Positions 27,910-41,939 of a DNA stretch of 64,000 bases are shown here, piece by piece. The first letter of the stretch is position 1; each line of letters opens with the position of its first letter. Source of the stretch: Octopus vulgaris (taxonomy: Eukaryota); contig OX597817.1 in NCBI GenBank assembly GCA_951406725.2, positions 118,296,001 through 118,360,000 on the forward strand, written 5' to 3'. A program made the position numbers and the translations under genes. Under the pieces are notes generated by a model that did not search any database, was not told the DNA's origin, and saw only the letters and a program-made list of their open reading frames with translations.

Positions 27910-28118
27910 TTACAAATGTTGGCAAAAACGTCAGCACTTTCGGGGAAGGTAGAAATCAGTTATATCGACTCAGTGCTGAACTGGTACTTATTTTATTGAC
28001 CTTGACAGGATAAAAAGCAATGTTGACCTTGGCAACATTTGATTTCAGGAGATTGAAACAAAAGAAATGCCGCTAAACATTTTGTTCGACTTGACAATGA
28101 TTGTGCCAGCTCGCCCCA
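27910..28118 (-). mobile_element. SINE family B (tRNA-derived)
   Basis: ctggtacttattttattgacc...ttgaccttggcaacatttga...aaatgccgctaaacattttg...tgccagctcgcc. Related copies at ~450-560, 14240-14560, 25515-25700, 39520-39680, 39790-39980, 41370-41540 and 48015-48170. Confidence 0.75.
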
Positions 28119-29004
28119 TTTCATACATGTAATATGTTTCAATAAAACATAGACGTCACGGATATTCACAGTTTTCTCACGTAAGACATCTTGGCATCTT
28201 GGCATTAACATACCACATCTGACATGGATGAATACTATGCTGTAAATGTCTTCAAAAGGAGGTACTTCGCTTCAGTGAAATTATGATAATATTCTCTATG
28301 TAGCATTATCAATATTTTACCTTGCTTTCAAAGTGAAAATCAGTTACTGTAAGAAATAAAGATATCACTAATACTTAATATACCACTCAGTAGTCTACAG
28401 CAATTTTTTATTTTAATCTGAAAAGTACATTTTATTCACCTTATTTACGAATCCGAAATGACATACCATTCAAATAAATAATTAGCATTTTATTAAAACA
28501 TTAAAGGACATGATTATATGCTGAGCTAACGATATTCATAAATTTGTACGCTTTGAACAAAATATATTCAAAACAGATTATTTGCACGGGAAAGAAACAA
28601 AATTCGTGAAATTTTAAGATGTGCTTGCGCTTTTGATAAATTTTAATTTAATCGGATTGCATGAAACTTTTTGTCCATAAATTTGATATGAATTATGAGA
28701 AAAAAAATTTGCATAACATATTTATAATAATACTTTGACTCTTGGTCCTATTCATGCAAATATTATATAGATTTCAATTTATATTTGTCATTTAATGATC
28801 TAATTTAATATTTATAGCGATACATATTTTAAAATATATACAGTTAGAAAAGTGTAGGGAAGAATTTACATCGTATATGTTTATGATTATTGATAAATAT
28901 ATATATATACACACACATATATGTACCTACATATGTATATGTATGTGTAATATATATATATATATATATATGTGTAATATATATATATATATATATATGC
29001 ACAT

Positions 29005-29165
29005 ACGTGCAAGAGTGGCTGTGTAAGAAGATTATGCTTACCAACTGCGTGTTCTCTTGTTCAGTCCCACTGCGTAGTACCTTGGGCAAGTGCCTTCTAC
29101 TATAGCCTCATGTCAACCAAATCCTCGTAAGTGGATTTGGTAGACAGAGACTGAAACAAACCCGT

Positions 29166-29250
<85 letters not shown>

Positions 29251-29410
29251 GTGTGTGTGTGACTGTGTGTGCGTCCCCGTAACCTAGCGGTTCGGCAAAA
29301 GCGACCAATAGAATAAGTACTTTGCTTACAAAGGATAAGTCATGGGGTCGATTTGTTCGACTAAAGATGATGCTCCAGCATGTTTGCAATCAAATAACTG
29401 AAACAAAAAT
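29005..29410 (+). mobile_element. SINE family A, full length, with central (TA)n(TG)n
   Basis: gagtggctgtgtaag...ttcagtcccactgcgtagtaccttgggcaag...microsatellite...ggggtcgatttgttcgactaaag...actgaaaca. Confidence 0.9.
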
Positions 29411-29654
29411 AAAATAATATATGTATAGATTTATTAGTGCACAAGTGTATGTGCTTATGCATGCATTAAATCATGGTTTGTAGGTAAAACCTTTAAACAG
29501 ACCTGAAGTTTTTACGAGTACTTGTAAAGATGACATGGACGGTTTAAGTCACGTTGTCTCCTGCCAGGATGCACATCTCCTCACTGTCCTACATATGTGA
29601 TTTTATACATACATCAATATTTAGTGAAGCTGGTTATATACATATGTTCTTTTA

Positions 29655-29850
29655 CAAGTTTCACTCAATTGGCTTCAGCCATACTGGAACACCGCCTTTT
29701 AATAAAAGAAATCGACCCCAGGACTTATTCTTTGTAATCTTGGCACTTATTCTATTGATGTCTTTGCCGAACCACTAGTTTACGGCAACGTAAACACACC
29801 AGTATCGGTTGTCCATCGGTTGTGAGGGAGACAAACACAGACACAAAGAT
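29655..29850 (-). mobile_element. SINE family A, 3' half, inverted relative to the adjacent copy
   Basis: atcgaccccaggacttattctttgtaa...tttgccgaacc...acgtaaacacacc...gacaaacacagacac. Confidence 0.8.
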
Positions 29851-29965
29851 ACATGCATATGAACATATCTATACAAGCACACACACACATATATATATCA
29901 CTCATGTATATATATCTATATATATGTGTACCACTTTCTATCTCCCCCTCTCTCACTCTACACAC

Positions 29966-30004
<39 letters not shown>

Positions 30005-30384
30005 TATATATATATATGCATATACATGAGTAAAAAGGCGAGCAAGAGAAATAATATCCTTAAGATTATAAACTTGGAAAAGTACTGAACAATTTATTAC
30101 ATTTGGAAAAGTTGAGGACTAGTTATTACATCTAGTAAAGTAGAAGAAAATATTGCAGCTAAGGATAAAATTTCTAATATAATATTTAACTTTTAGAAAA
30201 TATTAAAATTAAAACTATTATTACAAGTATTAATAATTATCGCGAAGCTAACATAGCAGTCCATAGAATTAGGATGATGCTGCCGTTGACAACTTCGGAG
30301 AGGCCTCCAGCTATGTGACACACAAATCTGGGTCCATTAACCGTAGCATTCATCCTATTTCTCTGAACTACCATGTTAGCTAAA

Positions 30385-30580
30385 TATTAATACCCAGCAC
30401 TGCTCCAATCTGATTTGGCAATGATTCTACTCTTGGATGCAATTCCTTACGCCAACCACTCCGAGAGCGTAGTGCATGCTTTTTACGTACCACCGACACG
30501 GGAGTCAGTCAGGGATCACTGGCATCGACCACATTTGGATGCTGCTTTTAACTTGCCGCCAGCAAGGGTACCAGTCAGAT

Positions 30581-30582
<2 letters not shown>
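30385..30582. mobile_element. Interspersed repeat fragment with internal ~60-bp sub-repeats
   Basis: gctttttacgtaccaccgacacgggagtcagtcagg vs gcttttaacttgccgccagcaagggtaccagtcaga; ends at a long (TA)n. Confidence 0.45.
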
Positions 30583-30659
<77 letters not shown>

Positions 30660-30678
30660 TTGTATATATATATGTATG

Positions 30679-30746
<68 letters not shown>

Positions 30747-30752
30747 TACATG

Positions 30753-30793
<41 letters not shown>

Positions 30794-30797
30794 TATA
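30583..30797. repeat. Long interrupted (TA)n microsatellite
   Basis: Directly visible. Confidence 0.95.
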
Positions 30798-31210
30798 AAT
30801 TTATATTATATAGAGGGCATTACTATACATAAATGCCACACACTACAAGGGACTCTTAAAGTCAAAACTGCGAAATAAATAAACACATCGTATCGAATGC
30901 AAGGGAATGCAACTCTCGAAGCGAGTTTTTAAAAGCAGAATTCAGCTGTAAGTCATTTAATGTCATAATTATTACAGAAATGCACTTTTTAATCGTCAAT
31001 GCGAGCATACTTCAAGATTTTAACGAATGAACAAAATTCAACATACCAGATAAACACCCAATGTATCCAGCGTCGCATATAGAAATGTTCAACCTTTATA
31101 CATCTATGTAAAAGGCGGGCTTTTTCGAATTGCATCTCGGTACAACGTGTTTATTCGGAATAAAAATTCAGTATATTTAGTATATGCATATAAATATATA
31201 TGTGTATATG

Positions 31211-31300
<90 letters not shown>

Positions 31301-31860
31301 TATGTACATATATAGATGTGTGTATATGTACATATATATATATATATATACATATATACATATATATCTATATATATACATATATAGAAATCTCTATATA
31401 TTTACACATATATACACGTATACACACACTCATATATATAATAATTTACATGATTGTTGGTATGAGTGAATCTGTGTTGTAATAATTACTGTTTTGACTT
31501 CTAAGGATCTTCTTGCACATAAATGCACACATTACTTTTAGGTTATTTTTGAATTAACTGTACAAATCTCAATCATTGATCATCCTTAATATGTGCTATA
31601 ATAGGCGATATAAATGTTTGAGTATTGTTTCGTGAATCTCCAGTCACACTTTACATTCTATAAAGATAATGACTAAAATAAAATATGGAGAAATGTAACG
31701 TAAAGTAGTGAATGATGTGTGTCATTACTAAGCTTGGTGGCAGACAAAACACAAGGTAAGAGAGAAAAAATCATAGAGGCAGAGTAAAAGCAGGAGGCGA
31801 AGTGACAGAGCTATACAAGTAAAAAAATTGTTTTATTTTAGTTGATATCTAGGTACTGTT

Positions 31861-32234
31861 TTACTGTTTCACTTGTTTCAGTCATGTGACTGTGGCCATG
31901 CTGGAGCACCGCCTTTAGTCGGGCAAATTGACCACAGGACTTATTCTTTGTAAGCCTTGTACTTATTCTATCGGTCTTTTTTGCCGAACCGCTAAGTTAC
32001 GGGGACGTAAACACACTAGCATCTGTTGTCAAGCAATGTTGGGGGGGGGGGGCAAACACAGACACACAAACACACACACACATATATACATATAGATACG
32101 GCAGACTTCTTTCAATTTCCGTCTACCCGAGGCTACAGTAGAAGACACATGCCCAAGGTGCCACGCAGTGGGACTGAACCCGGAACCATGTGGTTCGTAA
32201 GCAAGCTACTTACCACACAGCCACTCTTATGTCT
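31861..32234 (-). mobile_element. SINE family A, near full length with internal deletion
   Basis: Collinear with 44971-45394, including ggtgccacgcagtgggactgaacccggaaccatgtgg. Confidence 0.9.
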
Positions 32235-33094
32235 ACTGGATACGTTTCTTTTAAAAGTGCATATTCAATTCGTAATTTTATATAGGCACCAATAGATTTA
32301 AAACTTCAATTATAATCTTGGTATATATACTACATTTTATAGTATCACCCAGCGTAGCAAAAGTGTACTTCCAAAGTTACTCATCACACGACAGATTGAA
32401 AGATCTCAGCTGGCGCCGAACTGTCTTAGCATGAATGGGTTTGTGGTGAGTTCCTATGGTCTGCCTAGTTGATTCCGTTGCCCCCCGGAATCAGTCTTGC
32501 AAGTACTGCCAGTGCAAGTGGAGATCTTCACGTACCCTTGTGACCCTCTATCGGTCACTGTGTGGATCATCATGCGTGCTGTTTGTGGCATTGTATAGTT
32601 TCCTCAACCACACAAATGTCTGAATACTGCAGTGTAAGTTATTAGAAATGACCTGTGGACGGAGACATCCGATGGCTTGTTCCATCTAATTTCGACTTTC
32701 GTACTTTCTGCGTTCGGGTAACGAATGTCAGGTCGGTAAATTAGGATACTTATTACAACCAATAAATCAACGTTTTGCACGTGCATCATGCTTTTCATAA
32801 AGATACGTTCGCGAGAATTACCATGATCTCGAAAGGTGAGCGATTTCGAAACTTATATGCAATCCTTCAGATTTCAAAAGAGAGAGGTGTTGTCGGTTAG
32901 TGACATCTTCCTGTGATCGAATTACCTGGAAATGTGATACAATCCATATGATTTCAATATCGTGTATAAAACAAATAATCTTTTACAATGCGATGTTTCT
33001 TGACAACCACGTGCTGTACTGTTCGGCATTCGCACCGGAAGATTCAATACGAACATTTCAGAGAGTATGGCTGTCAATACGAGGACAGTGATAT

Positions 33095-33733
33095 ATGAGT
33101 ACATGTATCGAGGTTGATAAACATCAAACATCCAGTCAACATCATGGTGTTTACAGTGATCACTAGCGACGGTGACGTTAAACCTCCAATCATCTTCCCA
33201 CACGGCCTCTGAGTCAACACGGAGCCCTAATTCAAGTGCCTGAACGAGGTAGTGTTGCCCTTGGTCAAGAGGGTGGCTGCTGGAAGACCCCACGACTGGC
33301 AACAGAACTCTGCACTATGCCACACAAACAGGCAAACACAGTCACGGCTGTCAAACTATTTCTGTGACCACATCCCACCTACTATCTGGCCATCTAACTC
33401 CCCAGACCTCAACCCCCTTGATTATTATGTGTGGGGCGCAGTTGAGCGAGAGACCAACAAAACTCTTTGTAACACCAAAGATGAACTCTAGACAGGGATT
33501 ATGGCAACATTCACCAACTTAATCAAGGAGACCGTCCAGAAGAGTCGTAACAGATTCTGAAGTCATCTGGAAGTCATGGTTGAAGCCAATGGCAATTTTA
33601 TTTAATAAATTTACTCTTTAGTATTTCAAGATATGTTTATGTAATTTTAGTAAATATATATGTTAAAATAAGATGTCAGTGTTATTTTCATTCCTGCGTT
33701 AATTTAGATGAGAGTTTACTCACTGCACCTTGT
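33095..33733 (+). mobile_element. Tc1/mariner maT (DD37D)-type transposase remnant with right end
   Basis: VNIMVF.VITSDGDV.PP.IFPHG, then WQQNSALCHTNRQTQSRLSNYFCDHIPPTIWPSNSPDLNPLDYYVWGAVERETNK (WP.NSPDLNPLDY..W signature). Ends ...cactgcaccttg followed by TA. Confidence 0.9.
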
Positions 33734-33779
33734 ATACATATATGTACTATCTAATACATACATGCATACATACATACAT

Positions 33780-34440
33780 TTTATTTATTGCTGCCCCCTC
33801 GTTATCGAGTATGGCCATTGCACGAAGCTTAACTGTTACTGGTGCTGTGATCGAATGTGACTTTTTAGCCCAGCTACAGATCTACAATGTCTTGTACAAA
33901 ATTGGCAACCAAAACCTTTACTGGTAATAGCCGGCTGTAGTTGTAACTGGGTTTCATGTACCTTTGCATGTCGTTTAAGTCCTCCTGCCGAATTACACTC
34001 TCTTCCACATGCCCGACAGATATGATTAGTATGGTGTGTTACACCACCACCAGTGGCCAGGTTGTCACTCATCTGTCTCGTTTTATGACTACGAAGATGA
34101 CTCATGAGTCCAGCTTTACTGAGGCAGGGTCTTGCACAAACATTGCATGTAAGAATCAAAGGAAGACCCTTCCCTTCTGGAAGTGTAACAGCAATGCCCT
34201 TCCTGATATCCCTCCTTACTTTCTCATGTGCAACTCAAGATTTCTCAAACATCCCCTCATGCACAATCCTTCTCCACCTGCTACGATCAATAGCTATGCC
34301 TTCCCATGTGTCAGGAGAGATGCAATCATCTCTTAAGGAAGCCTTCAGCAAGTCCTTTTACCTCTTTTTTGGTTTATGTGGAGGTCGTTCTCATTTAGCT
34401 AATTCTCCATAAAAGAGTTGCTTTGGCATCCTTGAATCAT
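33780..34440 (-). mobile_element. 5'-truncated RTE-clade LINE 3' end encoding three C2H2 zinc fingers
   Basis: DSRMPKQLFYGELAK..RPPHKPKKR.KDLLK (RTE signature), then CNVCARPCLSKAGLMSHLRSH, CRACGRECNSAGGLKRHAKVH and CQFCTRHCRSVAGLKSHIRSQH (ORF 33836-34159). Short 3'UTR running into (ATGT)n. Confidence 0.9.
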
Positions 34441-34561
<121 letters not shown>

Positions 34562-35828
34562 TCCCATAAGTACGTACATATGTATTTATCAACTGGCATC
34601 TCTTTTCCGGCTCCAGCATAGAAACATTGAAACTTCTTACCAAATCTGAAATGAAGCACATGAGGTGTAAATTTCTAGAATGTTATATTCCAGGTGTTAT
34701 ATGACTCTAAATGTATGTATATTCAGATTATTTGAAGCATGGCTCATAACAATTTGTCATGTTAACTGAGTAGATTTTTGCAGCATGCGTTTGGCAGCTA
34801 TATTGTCTTATACTCTCGTTGCTTATTGAAATACAGCTTGTAGAATGTGGATAGCATCTAAACATGACGTGACTGAGGTTATTTTCATGAATAATGTATT
34901 TTAATATTAGAAAGTATTGTTCATTCACACATGAGTCATCTGCCATACACGCACATACTCACGCTGTGAAATTCACAGATCTTTGGAAAATAAATAAGCA
35001 TTTTCTTTGTAATCAAATAAAAGATAATATACACTGTTCAACTGTTCATAGATTTGTCCATTTCTGAATATTTGACATTGTGCATTTTCTTTTTCTAAAT
35101 GCATGATACTTGCCAGATTTCATGTGAGGCCTAAAAATACAAAATTGTATCCTACTGAGCATGCGCAATAATCCGGTGCTCTAGATTTTGAAAACAATTC
35201 CCATAAAAAAGAAAAAGAAAAATGAAAAACACTTCAGTGCACACTTCATATTCATGCTAACTATTAAACGCGGATCAGCACAAAAATTTACATTTATTAT
35301 CACGTGATAATTGTAATGGCCTTGAAGCAAACTGCTCATATGGCATAATATGTTGACCGAAAAAATTCCAATGTGTCTGCGGGTACAGAGAGTGAGTTCA
35401 TGAAATACCACTTATCAGAACTAAACAGCATCAAGAAAAGTATGAAGGACATGAACGATAAGTTGTTCTGTACAATTAGATAAACATCTTCAGCTCAATC
35501 GATTAATATATCATACAGACGGACGAAAAGCTATAAAAGTGAAACTATCTTGAAATATTTTCAATAGTAATTCTCACTCTCATTACATTATACACGGGTA
35601 GTTCCCAATTAATTATTCCTAGAAACATTAATTTATCTAATAGTACGTCAGGACGGTTTAGATGCAAAAGTATGTTCTTTATTTTTAATTTAGTAAAACA
35701 GATGAATTATAAAGAAATATATACAGAATTATAAAGAAATATATACGTGGGCTTAAAAATTTTTCTCTTACAATGGTATCCAATCCTTTTACACTTATAT
35801 CATACTTTACCGATATATATATATATAT

Positions 35829-35896
<68 letters not shown>

Positions 35897-35901
<5 letters not shown>

Positions 35902-36175
35902 AATATAAGAGAGTGTCCACTATGTGGTCGCTCTTGCGCTAAAAATAGATCCGCAATGGTCTCAACCACCAGGAATTGTTCCCAAGGAGAATTCTTGGTG
36001 GTTGAGACCATTGCGGATCTATTTTTAGCGCAAGAGCGACCACACAGTGAACATTCTCTTATATTTGTGTATTAATTTTTACTGTATCCCAGGTTTTTAT
36101 GCGCTAAACCACTTGGTGTTAAATTTATGTTATTATTAAATTAATATCCAATTTTTTCACCCTTATTTTTGATTT
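35897..36175 (+). mobile_element. Fold-back element between two (TA)n tracts (~80-bp stem plus tail)
   Basis: 35897-35977 and 35990-36070 are near-perfect reverse complements; unpaired tail to ~36175. Confidence 0.75.
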
Positions 36176-39100
36176 ATATATATATATAAAAATATATATG
36201 TATTATGTATGTACGTTTGTATGTATGAATGTATCTCTGTATGTGTGTATGTATGTATGTCTGTATGTATGCATGTATGTATGTACGTGTGTATGTATGT
36301 ATATTTCTTTAAACACGATGTCATACTGGGTGACATACACATTTGCCAATCTTACAGTATACTTAACACAAAGAGTTTTTTCTTATCTTTCTTGCAGTGT
36401 TTAGGGCATTTTAAAGGCCTATCTTCACGTTTTTCTACTTAATTTTGTGTGATACATTTCAGTCATGCTCTTCGTATCCTAATATTTTGCAGACTTGCAA
36501 GTTATGCATTTGTTATTCATTTCTTATAACACGGATAAAGCTATCCTTGCTTGCTTCCCACTGTAGCTACTTTGTAATAATTTGGAGGGTCCTTTTTTAT
36601 GAGGATTCATACGTATTCACCCTTTTGTAACTAGCTAAGTGTTCATTCAGCTTTGTACTTTATACTATTTTCACTACCTACTTTAACCAGATATTTTTGG
36701 TTTTCGCAAATTACTTGAATATCCACAAATTATTCATTATCATGTTTGTAGTGTCATTGTGTTTTTGCTTTCACTTTCCTTTTCCACACCATTGAATTTT
36801 TCTCCTTCTTAATCCATTATGCATCTTTATTCTGATGAATATTTCTGTGCGCTATACATTACAAATGTGATTGGATTTTTTATTATCATTACTATGTTTT
36901 CCAATGAGAAACTTTTTCCTTGATGTATATCAAAGAGTCTTATAAAGCATGTATTTGTCAGATTGAGAGCCGTTTTTACATTCCTTACAATTTCTGAAGA
37001 TCTTGCTTTTTTGTAGTATTATATTTTTAAATAGATTTAGCTTGTTCTTTTTCATATTTATATCTCGCTATGTAAGCACATGTCTTTCCTCGTTTTCACA
37101 ATCTTCTATTGTGGGTTTTCTTGTCACTCTTAAGGGACTGAAAAAGAAATAATGCAAGATATTCAAGTTTGCTTTTCGAGGAAACAATTTCTTGACAAAT
37201 CTAGTATCTCAGAATTATTAACGAACGATGTTTGTTTATTTTATTTGTAGCTTCAAGAGACATTCCGTTGATGTATGTTGATTGATTTTGTTATAGTCAG
37301 GTCTTTTCTTATTTTGTTTGCAGTTAATATTTGATTTTCCCCATGGTTGCGTCTGTTTATTCTATTGCGATCGTTGTTATTCTGTTTTCGTTATGCTAAC
37401 GTAGAGTTTTCCTCGTGCTACATATTAGAAAGTGTATTTGCTTGGATTTTTCTGGTCATGAGCCGCCTATTGTTCTGTTTGTTTTAACGTGTAGTTTTTG
37501 TCGAATTTGTGGGGTTTGGGGGAGGGAGGAGGGGGCTCCCTCTTTTACGTATGTGCATGTGTGCAAGTTTGAAATGTGTATGTGAGATTTATCTTTGCTT
37601 AACTCTAACACCTATGGTTTAAGGCGTTAGATTCGAAAACAGCCAGTATTTTTGACTAAATGCATCAAAGATTACATTATTATATGTGTTCTTCCTCCTT
37701 TAAGCCGATAATAAGAAAGTTGAATGGCATTAGGCTGCTATATCTAGAAAACTTAAAGGATACTTTCTCATTCATTTATGAATATTTTATCTCCTATATC
37801 ACCTTCTTTGAAATTGTCTTCATATCATTTCCTTGTCATTTTCTATTTTTGTGTTTGGTGAGTTATATTTCATTGATTTTCTTCGTTTCTTAATGTCTAT
37901 CATTTATAATTGTGTCCATACCGTTGGTTTATATTCTACGAGTTGCCAGCGCAAGAGTCAATCTATGTTTGGTTTTTAAACATTATGAATCTACGTACAT
38001 TTCTTAATGTATTTAAGTTTTGGCTTTCAATTTTCATGAAGAATATACTTCGACCTTAGTACTCACATATCGTTTCTTCATAATATTGGGCCATAAGAAA
38101 GTTGAATAGATTCATTTGCACTGAGGAAGAATAGAAATTTGCTTCGATCAGAAACTTACATTTGTACTGACTATTTGCATATGAAGACGGTCACTAGCTT
38201 CCTCGGATTCCAGTGCTGTGCTATGTTGTGAATAGTATAGCTATGTGGTGGGCATACACGCAAGATTCTAGATATTGTTATTTGGTTCATCGATCCTTTG
38301 AAGTGTTCGTTTTAGTAGCATGGACACTAACACTTAAGAGAACGGCACCTTTGACATTGATGTTATACGTGATTTAATGTATGATTTCATTAAGCTCAAA
38401 CAACGATGTCCCTTTACGGCTTTGATCAATGAGTATATATAATTTTCACTCTTTGTATTGTTATTCATGGTTCACCTAATCTGCAGAGTTGCGTTGTTTT
38501 TGTTTTTGAGTTAATAAGTATGACTTACTTTTCTATCTTACCTTAAAATTTTATATTCTACCTTAAAATTTACATTGAAACTTTCTTTTCTGCATAAGGT
38601 AAGCAAACAGTAACATATTAGATTTCATGCAATATTACAATTTAATTACTTGTTTTTGTTTTTCTTGAAATATCTTGTCTGAGGTTTAGTATCACTCGCA
38701 GTTTATTTCACTTTGCTTACGGATATCTGATATTCTTTCACCTACCTATCTGTCGTGTCGTTTCGCCTAATTATCTGTCGTATCGTTAGCATCGTTGTTG
38801 CTTTGAGTTATTATTGCGATTATAGGTAACATAATCATCAGAATCAACATAGCCAAAATCGTCGTTTGATCAAATAATTAACACGTTTGAAAAACGCTTT
38901 CAAATATTTGTTCGAGTGGTTTACACTTCGAGCTCGAATTCTACAGAAGTTAACTCTCACCCCAACTGGCGTCGATTTCCTAAAGTAAATACACTCAAAT
39001 ACTGAGTCTATTTGATCGACTAACACCCTTCTAAAATTTCAACCTTGTACTGAGCATATGTCACATAGAGTAATTTCATATTCATACACACACCTATACT

Positions 39101-40099
39101 ACAAACAATGATACCTTACATGATAACTTAACAATCATAACTTAACAATCATAACTTAGCCATATGTTATTTTTAAATAAGCATTGCAATATCTGGAATG
39201 CGAATATAGCAATAGATAAAAGTTTCAAATTTAGACACACAACTTCCAATTAATGACCCTAGTGATCAACCAAAAGAAATGTAACTGAGCATTTTGTCCG
39301 GTGCGGTAACGTTTGAAACCTCGTCGCCTTCATGTAGCTATAAAATAATACATCATAATACATCGAGTAAAAACAGATTCGACCGAAAAAATGTAAGTGA
39401 AACTCGAACTACGGATAACGCGTACACAAGACCTTTCTGTTAACCTTATTCTAAGGCTTCTAAAACTAAAGCATCTAATTTAGGCAGTTGAAATCAGCAT
39501 ATCTTCTCAGTTGTATGGTATTATTAAATCGAAGCAGTGTTTAACTGTTATTTTATTTCTATCGTTTTCGGAATGATGAAAGGTAAATTAGTCCTCAGCA
39601 AATTCAATCTCAGAACGTAGAGCCAGAAAAATTCTGCTAAGCATTTGTACAGTGGACAGGCTATTCTGCCAGCTAGCAATATACTTTGATCTAACATTTA
39701 TGGCAACATTTACATAAGAGATTCCACGGGAAAGAGATTCTGCTTGCTCACCGCTTAGATTATTTTAGTTCTAGTCACATTATCAAAGCAATGAGCTGGT
39801 AGAATCATTAGCACGCTAGCATTTCGCCTGTCTTTACATTCTCAGTTCAAATTCCTCCGAGGCCAACTTTATCTGTCATCTTTTAGGTGTAGAGGAAATA
39901 TGTACCAGTTGACCACTGGGGTCGATATAATTGACTTACCATCATTCCATGGCCTTGTGCCAACATTTTAAACCAATATTATGATTTTTTTTTCTTTTGA
40001 AATGTTAATACAAGGCCATCAATTTCTTCTAACTCTACACAATTTGAACTTAATATTTCTTTTTTCGTAATTTTTGTTGCATTATTTCGCCGAGCAAAC

Positions 40100-41300
40100 G
40101 TGTGCAGCTATGTGTATCTTGGATAGTTGATATACTTTCTCTGTGTGTATGAATGTGAAATTATTCCATATGACTAATGCGCAATTACAAGTCTATTATT
40201 TAATGCGCGCTATATATAACGATAAGTCCTTGGATGTTGCTATGCATTTGTTAGTTTGTGTTACAAATATTTCCGGCGTATATTTGTTTTAAATCCCTAC
40301 ATTCAAGCTTTCTCTGTTTCTGAATGTTTATGCGTGGATTGCTTTCTCATTTCTTTCAAAGTTATATATTGTGGTCTGCATTGAATCGTAGTAATTTCTT
40401 TATATAATAGTTTTAAACAAAAGTATGTGGTCAATTTTTATATCGGTTTCCCTGTCTGCATGAGTTACCAAACTCGAGATAAGTCATTTTGAAAAGTTCG
40501 CTGATATATGTTTACACTATGATTTCTCTCGGTATTTCGTGTTTCTGACGCAATTTACTGTCTATGAAACTTTTATAACTGTCACGCCTGAACGTCTGTA
40601 AGAACTTACCAGTTGCGCAATACGTACTATTATCTCACATTAATTTCTGTGTCAAGTGGTGTAAATTGTATCTATGTGCAGCATTTCTTTCTTATTCTAT
40701 TTTGTCTTGCCAATTCAGTTGATGTTCAATCGAGATTATTAATATAACTTATAATTAGAACTATCAGAATATGGTGCCTATTATTTTACTTTTAGTATTT
40801 AACTCTGTTTTATGTATTAATTTAATGTCTATACTTTCCCTTCCTAAACTATTATTTCATTACCGTGTAGTGTCGCTCGTCTAGTTTATTAATTCTGTAC
40901 AAGTTAATGTAATTCTGTCTTGGTATAATACTCATATCTCACTTTCTTTATCTAACATAATATTAGTACATTTAAATTAATTTTCCTATATTCTATACTG
41001 TCTGGCGACGTTTTCTAATCCGAATTTCATATAAATGCGTCTCGCGTCTCCTACGTGTTGTTTATAACAATGATTACAGTTGTTTATCATCCACAGTATA
41101 CAGCCTGAAGTCATTCAGAAGCAACACATGTTTGATTGGTTTCCTACAATATTTCTGTCCGAATTGGTCTGGTTGAACATGTAGTTTAACAGTTTTAAGG
41201 TCAGACGTATAAGAGGCGCTAGGAACTTCCATCACATCATTAATCTTCTAAAACTGATTAGAATTGCTAGTTATAATTCTATCTATTTTTATATCTGCAG
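40100..41300 (-). mobile_element. Very decayed Penelope-like RT/GIY-YIG remnant
   Basis: Minus-strand traces resembling (G)V.MGS..AP...DL (~41200-41240), Y.VDD (~41087-41101) and a C...Y.G.TG-like stretch (~40595-40640), all frameshifted. Confidence 0.35.
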
Positions 41301-41939
41301 AATTATGAGCCATGTATTTATATCATAATTGATATACATTTTTTTATTATTCATAATGCTTTCTGTTATAGGCACTAGCATTAGAATTTGTGCGGAGGGA
41401 GCTAGTTGAGTACATCGCTCCAAGTTTTTGATTGGTACTCATTTCATCGACCTCGAAAGGAGGAATGACAAAGTCGACCTCGACGGAATTTGAACTCAGA
41501 ACGCACAAACGGTAGAAATACTGGCAGCCCGCCAGCTTATTGTTGCTGTTAATAACAATGTTGCCGAAATTGATAGTTGTGGAAATCTATGTTCACCACG
41601 GTCTAAAGCTTTCTGCAGTTTACAATTCTGCAGTTTCTCTGCGCGATGATAAAATGTCGAGCAGTATTTAATTTGTCTTTTGCATGTTTGTTACGCTTTC
41701 CAAAATTAGAATTCGTCGTCAGAGATATTAATGCAGTTAAGCATTTGTATTCTGTACGCAAACACTCTACGACTGTCTAGATTTGGAGATTATTTGTTAT
41801 TTAATCTTGAGTATTCAGATGTGTTTTCTTTTTGCTTTTTTTTTTTTTTCTGTTGGTGGTTCATTTAAATAATGTTTGTTTTCTTTCAATTCATCATTAA
41901 ATACTATTGGTAGATATATTTATGCGTCGATGTTTAAAT

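Noticed and set aside
33836-34159. Host C2H2 zinc-finger transcription factor gene
   Set aside because: No TGEKP linkers, and it is contiguous with RTE ORF motifs and an RTE-type 3' end.
36320-37500. Possible minus-strand LINE endonuclease remnant
   Set aside because: Motif traces are too faint to support a call without an alignment.
40544-40605. ctgacgc...gaaac hammerhead-like string
   Set aside because: Core mismatch and no stems; compatible with chance.
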